From Mycobacteriales bacterium (GTDB lineage Bacteria; Actinomycetota; Actinomycetes; JAFAQI01): DNA of 64,000 nucleotides. The notes below the pieces were generated by a model. That model had not been told where the DNA came from. It saw nothing but the letters and a program-made list of their open reading frames with translations, and did no database searches. The stretch is taken from assembly GCA_035548125.1 (NCBI GenBank), contig DASZTV010000024.1:3231-67230 (forward strand), read 5' to 3'. Below are positions 46,206 through 55,170 of the stretch, piece after piece (position 1 is the first letter of the stretch; each line of letters begins with the position of its first letter). The translations under genes and the position numbers were made by a program.

Positions 46206-46856
46206 CTACCGCGCGAGGCCGGTTCGAAACGCCCAGGCGACGGCGGCTGCGCGGTCGTTCACGTCGAGCTTTGCGAAGACGTTGTTGACGTGCGTCTTCA
46301 CCGTCGCCTCGGTGACGAAGAGGCGGCCGGCGATCTCACGGTTGGACAGGCCTTCGGCCATCAGTGCGACGACCTCGGTCTCACGCTCGGTCAGCGCGCC
46401 ACCGGGAGGCACCGGCCCGGGCGCGCTCGCGGCCGGACCCGAGGTCACCAGCTCGACGAGCCGCTCCTGCACAGTCGGGTCGAGACGGGTGCGGCCGGCG
46501 GCAGCGTCCCGAATGGCCCGCTCGATCTCCTCCGACGTCGCATCCTTCGTGAGATAGCCACGCGCTCCCGCCCGGAGCGCGGCCATCACCGACTCGTCGT
46601 CGGCGTAGGTCGTGAGCACCACGACCTCGATGTCCGGGAGTTGCCTCCGCAGCCGCTTGGTCGCCTCGACGCCGTCGACTCTTGGCATCCGCAGGTCGAG
46701 CAGCGCCACATCCGGACGTTCGGCGAGCGCGATCGCGACCGCCGTCTCCCCGTCCTCCGCGGCGCCGACGACCTCGACGCCCTCCATCAGGCCGAGCATC
46801 AGCGTCAGACCTTCCCGCACCAGCGTCTGGTCGTCGGCGAGCAGTACCCGGATCAC
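46206..46856 (-). CDS. two-component response regulator, NarL/LuxR family
   Basis: REC domain (IRVLLADDQ..., ALLDLRMPRVDG) and C-terminal LuxR HTH (LTERETEVVALMAEGLSNREIAGRLFVTEATVKTHV). Confidence 0.93.
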   Translation of the reverse strand: MIRVLLADDQTLVREGLTLMLGLMEGVEVVGAAEDGETAVAIALAERPDVALLDLRMPRVDGVEATKRLRRQLPDIEVVVLTTYADDESVMAALRAGARGYLTKDATSEEIERAIRDAAAGRTRLDPTVQERLVELVTSGPAASAPGPVPPGGALTERETEVVALMAEGLSNREIAGRLFVTEATVKTHVNNVFAKLDVNDRAAAVAWAFRTGLAR

Positions 46857-48037
46857 GTGTCGACGGTAGTGATCGGAAGCCGCAGCTCGACGCGATAGCC
46901 GGCGACGCCCGGTCCTGCGGTGAGCCGCCCTCCGGCAAGCTCTGCGCGCTCTCGCATCCCGCGCAGCCCGTTACCGCCATCGGACGCGGGGCCGGCACTC
47001 CCTCTTCCGTCGTCGTCGACCCGCAGCACGACCTCCGCGTCGAGCCACTCCACAGTGACCGTGACCGTCCTCGCCGCGGCGTGCTTGGCGACGTTCGTCA
47101 GGGCTTCCTGTGCCGCCCGGAACAACGCGACGCGCGCCTCAGGTCCAAGCGGTCGAGGCGTCCCGGTCTCGACGAAGCTTGCCGCAACCCCGCTGTCGCG
47201 CCCGAAGTCGTCGACCAGCTGCGGGAGGCGGGTCGGGCCCGGCAGCGCGTCGTCCCGCAGCGTGCCCACGGCGCTGCGCGCCTCCTCCAGCCCGGTGCGC
47301 GCCAGGGAGACCGCCCGGTCGATCCGCTCCATGACCTCGCTTTCGACATTGCGCGACAGCGCCAACATGCGCGTCGACTCCAGGTGCAGCGACAGGCTCG
47401 ACAGGGTGTGCGCGAGGACGTCATGCAGTTCGCGAGCCAACCGTGCTCGCTCGGCGGCGAGCGCGTTGCGCTGCTCCGCCTCGCGGCTGTCCCTCAGCTC
47501 GTGGGACAGCTCGCGGTTCCGATAGTTCTCCCGGAGGACGCGGCGTCGGTATGCCATCGCCGCACCGAGCCCGACGGCACCCGCGGCCTGGCCGAGCCCG
47601 CCGATCGGGTCGTGCCGGCCGACGTAGGCCGTGGCGAGTCCCACCGCGACCACTCCGAGTCCGGCCGGGACCAGTCCCCAGGGGAGGCCGTACCAGTACA
47701 TCGAGACGAAGACGGCGGAATAGCCGGCGATGAACACCTGGCCGTGACCGGTGAAGACGTGCAACCCGGCGCCGGCCGCGATCACCAGGATCATCGCGAT
47801 GTGATCGACCAGGTCGCCCTGCCGGCGGTGAGTGAACGTGACGGCACCGCCGACCGCCACCACGAGCAGGCCCAGCGTCCCGAGCAGGGTGCGGGTGTCG
47901 AGACCGTCGAGCCCGGTCAGCGTCTGGACCAGCAGGACGATCGACAGCGTGTTGCGCAAGACGATGCGCGCCCGATGCGGCCAGTGCTCGGTGAGCAGCG
48001 GGTCGATCCCGCGCGGTTGGCAGGCTGAGTTCTGCAT
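46853..48037 (-). CDS. sensor histidine kinase (HisKA_3 type, multi-pass membrane, no large extracytoplasmic domain)
   Basis: Several TM helices, then the H-box ARELHDVLAHTLSS and HATPase motifs (NVAKHA, DDGRG, GNGLRGMRERA). Start placed at ATG 48037. The track ORF starts at 48145. Confidence 0.88.
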   Translation of the reverse strand: MQNSACQPRGIDPLLTEHWPHRARIVLRNTLSIVLLVQTLTGLDGLDTRTLLGTLGLLVVAVGGAVTFTHRRQGDLVDHIAMILVIAAGAGLHVFTGHGQVFIAGYSAVFVSMYWYGLPWGLVPAGLGVVAVGLATAYVGRHDPIGGLGQAAGAVGLGAAMAYRRRVLRENYRNRELSHELRDSREAEQRNALAAERARLARELHDVLAHTLSSLSLHLESTRMLALSRNVESEVMERIDRAVSLARTGLEEARSAVGTLRDDALPGPTRLPQLVDDFGRDSGVAASFVETGTPRPLGPEARVALFRAAQEALTNVAKHAAARTVTVTVEWLDAEVVLRVDDDGRGSAGPASDGGNGLRGMRERAELAGGRLTAGPGVAGYRVELRLPITTVDT

Positions 48038-48193
48038 GGCCCCGACCGTAGGTCTGGCGACGCCCGCTGCGCATCGACTCCAAGGTGGACAACGATCTCC
48101 ACCCGGTCTCCAACCATCACCCGAAGAAACCGTTAGTGACGGCAAGTAGCGTCAGGTCCGTTAGCCCAGACGACCACGAAAGGCAGCTTGTTG

Positions 48194-49183
48194 ATGGCAG
48201 CGATCGTGGTGGAGGACCTCCGCAAGAGCTACGGCAACACCCATGCCGTGCAGGGGGTCAGCTTCACCGTTGACGAAGGGCAATGCGTGGCCCTGCTCGG
48301 CCCGAACGGCGCCGGAAAGACCACCACGCTCGAGGTGCTCGAGGGCTACCTGCGGCGCGACAGCGGCACGGTCGAGGTGCTCGGCACCGACCCCCAGCAC
48401 GCAACCCGGGCGTGGCGCGAGCAGGTCGGGATCGTCCTGCAGGGAACCGCGGTGGATCCCTACCTCACGGTGCACGAGACGTTGTCCCGCACCGCGGGCT
48501 TCTACGCCAACCCGCGCGACGTCGACGAGGTGATCGGCCTGGTCGGCCTCGAGGAGAAGACGCACTCCCGGATCAACAAGCTGTCCGGCGGGCAGCAACG
48601 GCGTCTTGATGTCGCGTACGGGATCGTCGGCAACCCCAAGCTGCTGTTCCTCGACGAACCGACGACCGGCTTCGACCCGTCTGCCCGTCGCGGTGCGTGG
48701 GACCTGGTCAACGACCTGCGCGGTCTTGGGACGACCATCGTCCTGACGACGCACTACATGGACGAGGCGCAGGCTCTGGCAGACAACATCGTGGTGATCG
48801 GCTCCGGTCAGATCGTCGCCACCGGTACGCCGGACTCGCTCGGCGGGCGGGACACCGCCGCACTACAGATCAGGTTCCGGCTGCCGGGGGGCGTTGACCC
48901 CGCCACGCTCCCCGTCCCCGTCACCGTCGACCATCACGGCTTCTGCCAGCTCACCACCAACGACGACATCAAGGACCTCAACACGCTCACGTCCTGGTCG
49001 TTGAAGCAACGCGTACCCCTCGAAGGGCTGGTCGCCACGCGACCGAGCCTCGAAGACATCTACCTCTCACTCGTCGGTCGCGACCTGCTCGACGAGGAGG
49101 CGCTCCCAGACCCCGCCGGTAGCCCGAGCGGCGCGGCCGCATCAGGTCCCTCGAACGGGCGGAAGGTAGGGCAGCGCGCATGA
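48194..49183 (+). CDS. ABC transporter ATP-binding protein (DrrA-like, ABC-2 subfamily)
   Basis: Walker A GPNGAGKTT, signature LSGGQQRR and Walker B LLFLDEPT. The track ORF uses TTG 48188; ATG 48194 is more likely. Confidence 0.92.
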   Translation: MAAIVVEDLRKSYGNTHAVQGVSFTVDEGQCVALLGPNGAGKTTTLEVLEGYLRRDSGTVEVLGTDPQHATRAWREQVGIVLQGTAVDPYLTVHETLSRTAGFYANPRDVDEVIGLVGLEEKTHSRINKLSGGQQRRLDVAYGIVGNPKLLFLDEPTTGFDPSARRGAWDLVNDLRGLGTTIVLTTHYMDEAQALADNIVVIGSGQIVATGTPDSLGGRDTAALQIRFRLPGGVDPATLPVPVTVDHHGFCQLTTNDDIKDLNTLTSWSLKQRVPLEGLVATRPSLEDIYLSLVGRDLLDEEALPDPAGSPSGAAASGPSNGRKVGQRA

Positions 49184-49956
49184 CGGACCTCGCACTCGTC
49201 GGTACCCAGATCCGGTACGAGCAGAAGAGCTACTGGCGCAACCCGCTGGCGGCGGGCTTCACCTTCCTGTTCCCGCTGGTGCTGTTCTTCATCCTGGTGG
49301 GGGTCACCAAGGGGTCGACGGACGCCAAGGAGCTCGGCAAGGGCGTGCACCTCGCGCAGTACCTGACGCCGAGCGTTCTCAGCTACGCGGTGATGAGCGC
49401 GTGCTTCATGTCCGTCTCGATGACGCTGGTGCGGCAGCGCGAGATGGGCGTCCTGAAGCGCCTCCGCGGGACGCCGGTACCTTCTTGGGCGGTCATCGGC
49501 GGCGTGATCGGCAATGCGGTCATCGTGTCGACCGCGCTGTCGGTCGTCAGCATCGTGTTCGCGGTGGTCGCCTACGGGGTGTCGTTCCCGGCCAAGGACG
49601 TACTGCCGACGATCGTGACGATCGCGCTTGCCTCGGTGACGTTCTGCGCCCTGGGGGTCGCGGTCACGTCGCTGATCCCCAACGTCGACTCCGGGCCGGC
49701 CATCGTCAACGTGCCGTACTTCCTGCTGGTGTTCATCTCGGGCACCTACTTCCCGATCAGCGGGACCATGGCCCACATCGCCGCATGGCTTCCGCTTCGG
49801 CCGTTCATCGTGGCGCTCTACTACCACGGTGCGTTCTCGCCGCTGAACTCCGGAAGCGCGTGGGCCTGGCACCAGCTCGGCAGCCTGCTGCTCTGGGGTA
49901 TCGGCTCGACGGTGTTCGCGGTGCGTCACTTCCAGTGGACGCCCCGAAGGGGGTAG
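49180..49956 (+). CDS. ABC-2 type transporter permease
   Basis: 258-aa, six-helix hydrophobic protein. ATGA overlap with the ATPase stop. Confidence 0.88.
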   Translation: MTDLALVGTQIRYEQKSYWRNPLAAGFTFLFPLVLFFILVGVTKGSTDAKELGKGVHLAQYLTPSVLSYAVMSACFMSVSMTLVRQREMGVLKRLRGTPVPSWAVIGGVIGNAVIVSTALSVVSIVFAVVAYGVSFPAKDVLPTIVTIALASVTFCALGVAVTSLIPNVDSGPAIVNVPYFLLVFISGTYFPISGTMAHIAAWLPLRPFIVALYYHGAFSPLNSGSAWAWHQLGSLLLWGIGSTVFAVRHFQWTPRRG

Positions 49957-49981
49957 CCGCCCTCACGACTACCGTTGCCGC

Positions 49982-51130
49982 GTGGCAGAGCGGCTCACCG
50001 TGTCGACCGGCCCGCTCGAGACGGCGGACGTGGTCCTCACGCTGCCGCCGCACCATCCGGCTGCGCACGGTGTCCTGCGCCTGGCGCTCACGGTCGACGA
50101 CGACCGGGTCGTCACCGCCGACCCGGTCGTCGGCTACATGCACCGTGGGGCGGAGAAACTGTTCGAGGCGCGAGACTTCCGCCAGATCCTGGTGCTGGCC
50201 AACCGGCACGACTGGCTGTCCGCGTTCGGCAGCGAGCTAGGGCTGGTGCTCGCCGTGGAGCGCATGCTCGGCATCGAGGCACCGGAGCGAGCCGTCTGGC
50301 TCCGCACCCTGCTCGCAGAGCTGAACCGCGTGCTGAGCCATTTGATGTTCCTCGCCGGGGCAACGCGCAGCTTCGAGCCCGGTGCCCCCGCGGCGACGGC
50401 ACTGACCGCCCGGGAGGTCGTGCAGGAGCTGATGGAGGAGGTCAGCGGCGGGCGGATCCACTTCATGTTCAACCAGGTCGGCGGGCTCAAGGAAGACCTC
50501 CCGGATGGCTGGTTGTCCCGGGCGCGCAACGGCATCGCGACGGTCCGGGCAGCCGCTGACGGCGCGCTCACGGACCTGGTGAGAACGGATGAGAGCTTCC
50601 GGGCGGCGCACCGCGGAGTCGCGGTTCTCACCGCCATGGACGCCGCCGGCTACGGCGTGTCCGGTCCGATCGCGCGCGCCGGCGGACTCGACCTGGACCT
50701 GCGACGCGACGATCCGTACCTCGCCTACGCCGAGCTTCCGCCGGACGTGTTTCGCGTCGTCACGCGCGAGGCGGGCGACGCGTTGGCTCGGTACGAGTGC
50801 CTGCTCGAGCAGATCGAGGTGTCGCTCGCGATCGCCGGCCACTGCGTCGGCGTGCTCGAGGACCTGCCGAGCGGGCCGGTCAACGTCCGGCTACCCAACG
50901 TCGTCCGCACGCCGGAGGGCGAGACGTACGCCGCGACGGAGAACCCGCTCGGGATCAACGGCTACTACCTGGTCTCACGAGGCGAGCGTGCGCCATGGCG
51001 GCTGAAGCTGCGAACCGCCTCGTTCAACAACGTGCAGGCGTTGGCGGTCGCCCTGCCCGGCACTCACGTGCGGGACCTGACGACCGCCATGGCCAGTTTC
51101 TTCTACGTCATAGGCGACGTCGACAAGTAG
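49982..51130 (+). CDS. stand-alone NuoD (complex I 49-kDa / Nqo4)-like protein
   Basis: Full-length similarity to NuoD: [57 protein letters not shown], and C-terminal [10 protein letters not shown]. No other nuo genes are nearby. It starts 26 nt after the permease stop on the same strand. Confidence 0.85.
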   Translation: MAERLTVSTGPLETADVVLTLPPHHPAAHGVLRLALTVDDDRVVTADPVVGYMHRGAEKLFEARDFRQILVLANRHDWLSAFGSELGLVLAVERMLGIEAPERAVWLRTLLAELNRVLSHLMFLAGATRSFEPGAPAATALTAREVVQELMEEVSGGRIHFMFNQVGGLKEDLPDGWLSRARNGIATVRAAADGALTDLVRTDESFRAAHRGVAVLTAMDAAGYGVSGPIARAGGLDLDLRRDDPYLAYAELPPDVFRVVTREAGDALARYECLLEQIEVSLAIAGHCVGVLEDLPSGPVNVRLPNVVRTPEGETYAATENPLGINGYYLVSRGERAPWRLKLRTASFNNVQALAVALPGTHVRDLTTAMASFFYVIGDVDK

Positions 51131-51164
51131 CTGCCACCGAGAACGCCGCCAGCGTGCGTCTGAG

Positions 51165-52154
51165 TTAGCTCAGCTCCTGGGAGACGAACTGTTCGGCGAC
51201 CTGTTCCGGCGTGCCCTTGTCGACGACGACCGCCGCGTTGAGCTTCTGCAGCGTCTCCTGGTCGAGCTTCGCGGACACCGCGTTGAGCGCGCTCGCAGCG
51301 GCCCCTGTCGCGAGCGACTTGGCGACGAGCGGCACGACGTTGTCGGACGCCTGCAAGTTCTTGTCGTCGGTGAGCACGGTCAGGCCAAGGCTCGTCAGGT
51401 CGCCGTCGGAGGAGAACACCAGCCCGACGTCCGCCTTGCCGCTGGTCAGCGCCTTACGGGTGAGCGGGCCGTCGGCGTCGGTCTGCCGGAACTTGCCGAT
51501 CGTCATCCCGTAGGTCTGCTTCAGGCCCGGCTCACAGAACGGCCGGGTCGGGCACTCCGGCGGACCGGCGAGCGTCAGCGGGTGGGTCTTCGAGTAGGCC
51601 GCCAGCTCGGACAGCGTGGTGATGTTGTTGGCCTGCGCGAGCGATGTCTTGATCGCGAACGCGTTGCGGTCGGTCGCGTCGGCCGGGTTGAGCACTGTGA
51701 GCGACGCAGGCAGCTCTCCCTTGAGATTCGCGATCGTCGTGTCGATGTCGCCGGAGGCCTTGCTCGGCGCGTCGGACCCGTTGGCCGCGAAGTTGATGAA
51801 GTCGGTCAAGGTCGCGGCGTACTCCGGAACGGCCTGGATCTTGCCCTTCTTCACGAGCGGGTAGTAGGCCTCACGGCTGGCGAAGCTGCGCGTCGAGGCG
51901 TCATAGCCGCACGCCTTGAGAACGTCGACGTAGATGTGCGCGAGCGTCTCGTTCTCGGCGAACTGCGCGGAGCCGACGAGCACCTTGCCGCTGCCCTGCT
52001 GACCACCGCAGTACGACGGCAGGCTGGACGCGGTGCTCGAGCCCGTGCCCGGGCTGCCACCACTGCTCGATGAGCCGCACGCGGCGGCGGAGAATGCGAT
52101 CACGACGCCGGCCGCGGCCAGCGCAATCGCGGGGGTACGACGACGGAGAAGCAT
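51165..52154 (-). CDS. glycine betaine/choline-type ABC transporter substrate-binding lipoprotein (OpuC/OpuB-like)
   Basis: MLLRRRTPAIALAAAGVVIAFSAAC lipobox. VLVGSAQFAENETLAHIYVDVLKACGYD is typical of the OpuAC-fold SBP. Start at ATG 52154. The track ORF (to 52982) is a spurious extension. Confidence 0.85.
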   Translation of the reverse strand: MLLRRRTPAIALAAAGVVIAFSAAACGSSSSGGSPGTGSSTASSLPSYCGGQQGSGKVLVGSAQFAENETLAHIYVDVLKACGYDASTRSFASREAYYPLVKKGKIQAVPEYAATLTDFINFAANGSDAPSKASGDIDTTIANLKGELPASLTVLNPADATDRNAFAIKTSLAQANNITTLSELAAYSKTHPLTLAGPPECPTRPFCEPGLKQTYGMTIGKFRQTDADGPLTRKALTSGKADVGLVFSSDGDLTSLGLTVLTDDKNLQASDNVVPLVAKSLATGAAASALNAVSAKLDQETLQKLNAAVVVDKGTPEQVAEQFVSQELS

Positions 52155-52303
52155 CCGAACCTGCCTTCTGTGTCCCGCGACGGCCCGCTGCCCTCGCGCG
52201 TGTCCGGCGGGCCCGGAGCCCGCGTCTTTCCACTCTTGCACGCGTCGCCGACAGGTTCCACCCCGCCAGATCACGGATTGGTCACCATCGCGGGGGCGCT
52301 CGT

Positions 52304-52999
52304 TCACCCGATGGCGGCTGCGGCTCCGTAACGCCGGCGCACGACCCGCTGAGCGCGTTGCATCACGGTGTCCAGCGCGATGGCGGTGACGGCGATCACG
52401 ACAACCCCGCCGTACACCTCCCCGTAGTACTGGGTGGCATAGCCGACGGTGATCAGCTGACCGAGCCCCCCACTCCCGATGATCGCCGCGATCGTCGCCG
52501 TGGCCCAGATCTGCACGGTCGCGAGCCGCAGACCGGTCGCGATCAAGGGAATCGCGAGCGGCAGCTCGACCCTCAGCAGGACCTGCAAGCGCGTCATGCC
52601 CATGCCGGTCGCCGCCCGCGTGGTCTCGGTGTCGACGCCGGTGATACCGGTGTAGGTGTTGGTGAGGATCGGTGGCAACGCGAAGATGACCAGAGCGATC
52701 ACGGCCGGCTTGGTCCCGATGCCGATCGGACCCACGGCGAGCAGCAGCAAGACGCCGACGATCGGTATCGATCGAGCCGCGTTGGCGACGCTGGTCACCA
52801 CGAGTCCCCCACCGCGCCAGCGCGTCAGCGCCGCAGCGAGCGGGATGCCGATGGCACAGGTGATGGCAAGCGACAGCGCCGAGATCCAGATGTGCTGAAC
52901 CAGCAGATGCAGCACACCCGCCGCACCGTTCGCTCCGAGCCAGCTGCCCTTGGTGGTGAACCAGGTCGTGAACTGATGCCACGTGGATCCGCTGTTCAT
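52304..52999 (-). CDS. ABC transporter permease (BPD/OpuB-type)
   Basis: Polytopic membrane protein with the EAA-loop region (ATGMGMTRLQVLLRVELPLA). Start at ATG 52999. The track ORF starts at 53101. Confidence 0.85.
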   Translation of the reverse strand: MNSGSTWHQFTTWFTTKGSWLGANGAAGVLHLLVQHIWISALSLAITCAIGIPLAAALTRWRGGGLVVTSVANAARSIPIVGVLLLLAVGPIGIGTKPAVIALVIFALPPILTNTYTGITGVDTETTRAATGMGMTRLQVLLRVELPLAIPLIATGLRLATVQIWATATIAAIIGSGGLGQLITVGYATQYYGEVYGGVVVIAVTAIALDTVMQRAQRVVRRRYGAAAAIG

Positions 53000-53039
53000 G
53001 CCTGCCTCACCCGGCAGCGGTGACGACCATCGCGCCCAC

Positions 53040-53726
53040 TCATGCCGCGGCCGCCCTTCGCCAGGGCGTGAGCATGCGCTGCGCGAGCAGAAGCAGCGCA
53101 TCGGCGACGAGGGCGAGCAGGACGGTCAACACGATGTACGTCGTGAGCTCGGTGTGCGACCGCGAGGAGAACGCGTCGAAGATCTTCGACCCGTAGCCGC
53201 CCTGCCCCACGTACCCGCCGATGACCACGAGTTCGATCGTCGACACCACCGCAAGCCGCAGCCCGGCCATGACGGCCGGCAGGGCGATCGGCAACCGGAC
53301 CTTCACGAAGACCCGGGCATTGGACATCCCCATGCCGCGTGCCGCGTCGACCGCCTCTGCGTCCACCTCGTCCAGCCCGGTCAGGATGTTGCGTACCAGG
53401 ATCACCAGGGAGTACGACGCGAGCGGAATCACCACGGTCAACGGGCTCAGCTCGAAGAACCTGATCATCGCCACCACGAAGGCGAGCGACGGGATCGCGT
53501 AGATCGCGGTACTGAGATTCAGTACCGCGCTGCGGAGCCACGGGCGCTGCCGCGCCAACGCCGCAAGCGGGATCGCAACCAGCAGACCGAGCGCCACCGA
53601 CTCGAGGGTCAAGGTGACATGCGTCCGGGTTGCCGACAGGATGGCGTCACTGTTGGCTGTGATGTAGTGCCAGCTCAGCCAGGGGTCAGCCTGTCTGTGA
53701 AACGTGAAGTCGCCAGGAAGGCGCAT
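53040..53726 (-). CDS. ABC transporter permease (BPD/OpuB-type)
   Basis: 228-aa polytopic protein with EAA loop AARGMGMSNARVFVKVRLPIA. Confidence 0.88.
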   Translation of the reverse strand: MRLPGDFTFHRQADPWLSWHYITANSDAILSATRTHVTLTLESVALGLLVAIPLAALARQRPWLRSAVLNLSTAIYAIPSLAFVVAMIRFFELSPLTVVIPLASYSLVILVRNILTGLDEVDAEAVDAARGMGMSNARVFVKVRLPIALPAVMAGLRLAVVSTIELVVIGGYVGQGGYGSKIFDAFSSRSHTELTTYIVLTVLLALVADALLLLAQRMLTPWRRAAAA

Positions 53727-53779
53727 CCATGCAACCTAGTGCCTTCATTGAAAGCAGCGGCTCGCCTACCGACGAGCCG

Positions 53780-54871
53780 ATGATCTCGCTCGACCGGGTG
53801 CACAAGGCGTACCCGGACGGGACAGTTGCGGTTCAGGAGCTGTCGCTCGATGTGGCTTCCGGCGAGATCGCGGTGCTCGTCGGGCCGTCCGGGTGCGGCA
53901 AGACGACGACGATGCGGATGGTGAACCGGCTCGTCGAGCCGACCTCCGGTCGGATCACAGTCGACGGCGAGGACATCTCGACCATCGACGCGGTGCGGCT
54001 GCGGAGACGCATCGGCTACGTGATCCAGCAGGTGGGGTTGTTCCCGCACCAGACGGTCGCGGCCAACGTCGCGACGGTGCCGAAGCTGCTGGGATGGGAG
54101 CGCGCGAAGATCAGTGCTCGCGCCGACGAGTTGCTGGAGCTGGTCGGGCTCGACCCTGCCGTCCACGGCAAGAGATACCCCCATCAGCTCTCAGGGGGTC
54201 AGCGGCAGCGTGTGGGGGTCGCCCGAGCACTCGCCGCCGATCCGCCGGTGCTGCTCATGGACGAGCCGTTCGGCGCGGTGGACCCGGTCGCCCGCGACCG
54301 GCTGCAGGTCGAGTTCCTCAGGTTGCAGGATCAGGTCCGCAAGACCGTCGTGTTCGTCACCCACGACGTGGACGAGGCGATCCGGCTGGGTGACCGGATT
54401 GCCGTGATGCGCGAAGGCGGGCATCTCGAGCAGTACGCGGAGCCCTCGGCCGTGCTGTCCGACCCGGCGACGCCCTACGTCGCCGAGTTCGTCGGCGCCG
54501 AGCGCACGCTACGCCGGTTGTCAGTGGCTCCGGTCAGCGCGGCGCAGCTCGTCGCGTGGCCGAGCGTCCGCCCCGACGCCAGCCCCGCCGACTGCGTGTC
54601 GGTCATGGATCGGGCCGATGCGCAGTGGGCGGTCGTCGACGCGTCCGGCTCCTACGCCTGGCTGTCCAGGACAGCGGCCGTCGACGGCACCGGACCCGCG
54701 TCACAGCTGGCCGAGCCGGCCACCAGCGTCGCGGTCGGCGAGTCGCTGGAGAAGGCGCTCGCGGCGATCCTGGCCGGCAACGCTCCGGGAGCGATCGTGA
54801 CTGATGACAGTCGCTACGCGGGAGTGCTGCTCGCGACCGACGTCGTCACCGCGGCGCGCTCGAGGACGTAG
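53780..54871 (+). CDS. ABC transporter ATP-binding protein with C-terminal CBS-like region (OpuCA/ProV-like)
   Basis: Walker A GPSGCGKTT, Q-loop, LSGGQRQRVGVARAL, LLMDEPFGAVD, and a C-terminal regulatory domain of about 120 aa. It is on the opposite strand to its presumed permeases. The track ORF starts at 53729. Confidence 0.9.
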   Translation: MISLDRVHKAYPDGTVAVQELSLDVASGEIAVLVGPSGCGKTTTMRMVNRLVEPTSGRITVDGEDISTIDAVRLRRRIGYVIQQVGLFPHQTVAANVATVPKLLGWERAKISARADELLELVGLDPAVHGKRYPHQLSGGQRQRVGVARALAADPPVLLMDEPFGAVDPVARDRLQVEFLRLQDQVRKTVVFVTHDVDEAIRLGDRIAVMREGGHLEQYAEPSAVLSDPATPYVAEFVGAERTLRRLSVAPVSAAQLVAWPSVRPDASPADCVSVMDRADAQWAVVDASGSYAWLSRTAAVDGTGPASQLAEPATSVAVGESLEKALAAILAGNAPGAIVTDDSRYAGVLLATDVVTAARSRT

Positions 54872-55159
54872 CTACTCGCTCTTCAACAAGTAGTCGATGT
54901 AACGGGCCCGCAACATCGGCTCCGCGGCGCTCTCGTGCTGCCCGAGCAGCTCGCGGACCAGGTTGATCGCGCCGGTGATCCCCTCGCCGAGGCCGCCGGC
55001 GGATCCGTCATCCGACCCGATCTCCTCGCTCGCGCGCAGGTGCTTGACCAGATCCCAGAAGAACCCGATGTCGTGGGACCGGTCGGCCTTGTCGAAGGCT
55101 CGTTCACGCAGCTCCGCGGTGGTCAACGCGTCGAGGGTCGCGAAGTCGTCGGCTGACAT
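54872..55159 (-). CDS. small acidic hypothetical protein
   Basis: 95-aa protein from ATG 55159: MSADDFATLDALTTAELRERAFDKADRSHDIGFFWDLVKHL... The longer track ORF (to 55765) overlaps the DUF3180 and folK genes and is rejected. Confidence 0.55.
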   Translation of the reverse strand: MSADDFATLDALTTAELRERAFDKADRSHDIGFFWDLVKHLRASEEIGSDDGSAGGLGEGITGAINLVRELLGQHESAAEPMLRARYIDYLLKSE

Positions 55160-55170
55160 GCCAGCGAAGC

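Noticed and set aside
49982-51130. Interpreting the NuoD-like ORF as a [NiFe]-hydrogenase large subunit
   Set aside because: The N-terminal RxCGxC and C-terminal DPCxxC nickel-binding cysteine pairs are absent. The C-terminus reads GDVDK, as in NuoD, and no hydrogenase small-subunit or maturation genes are nearby.
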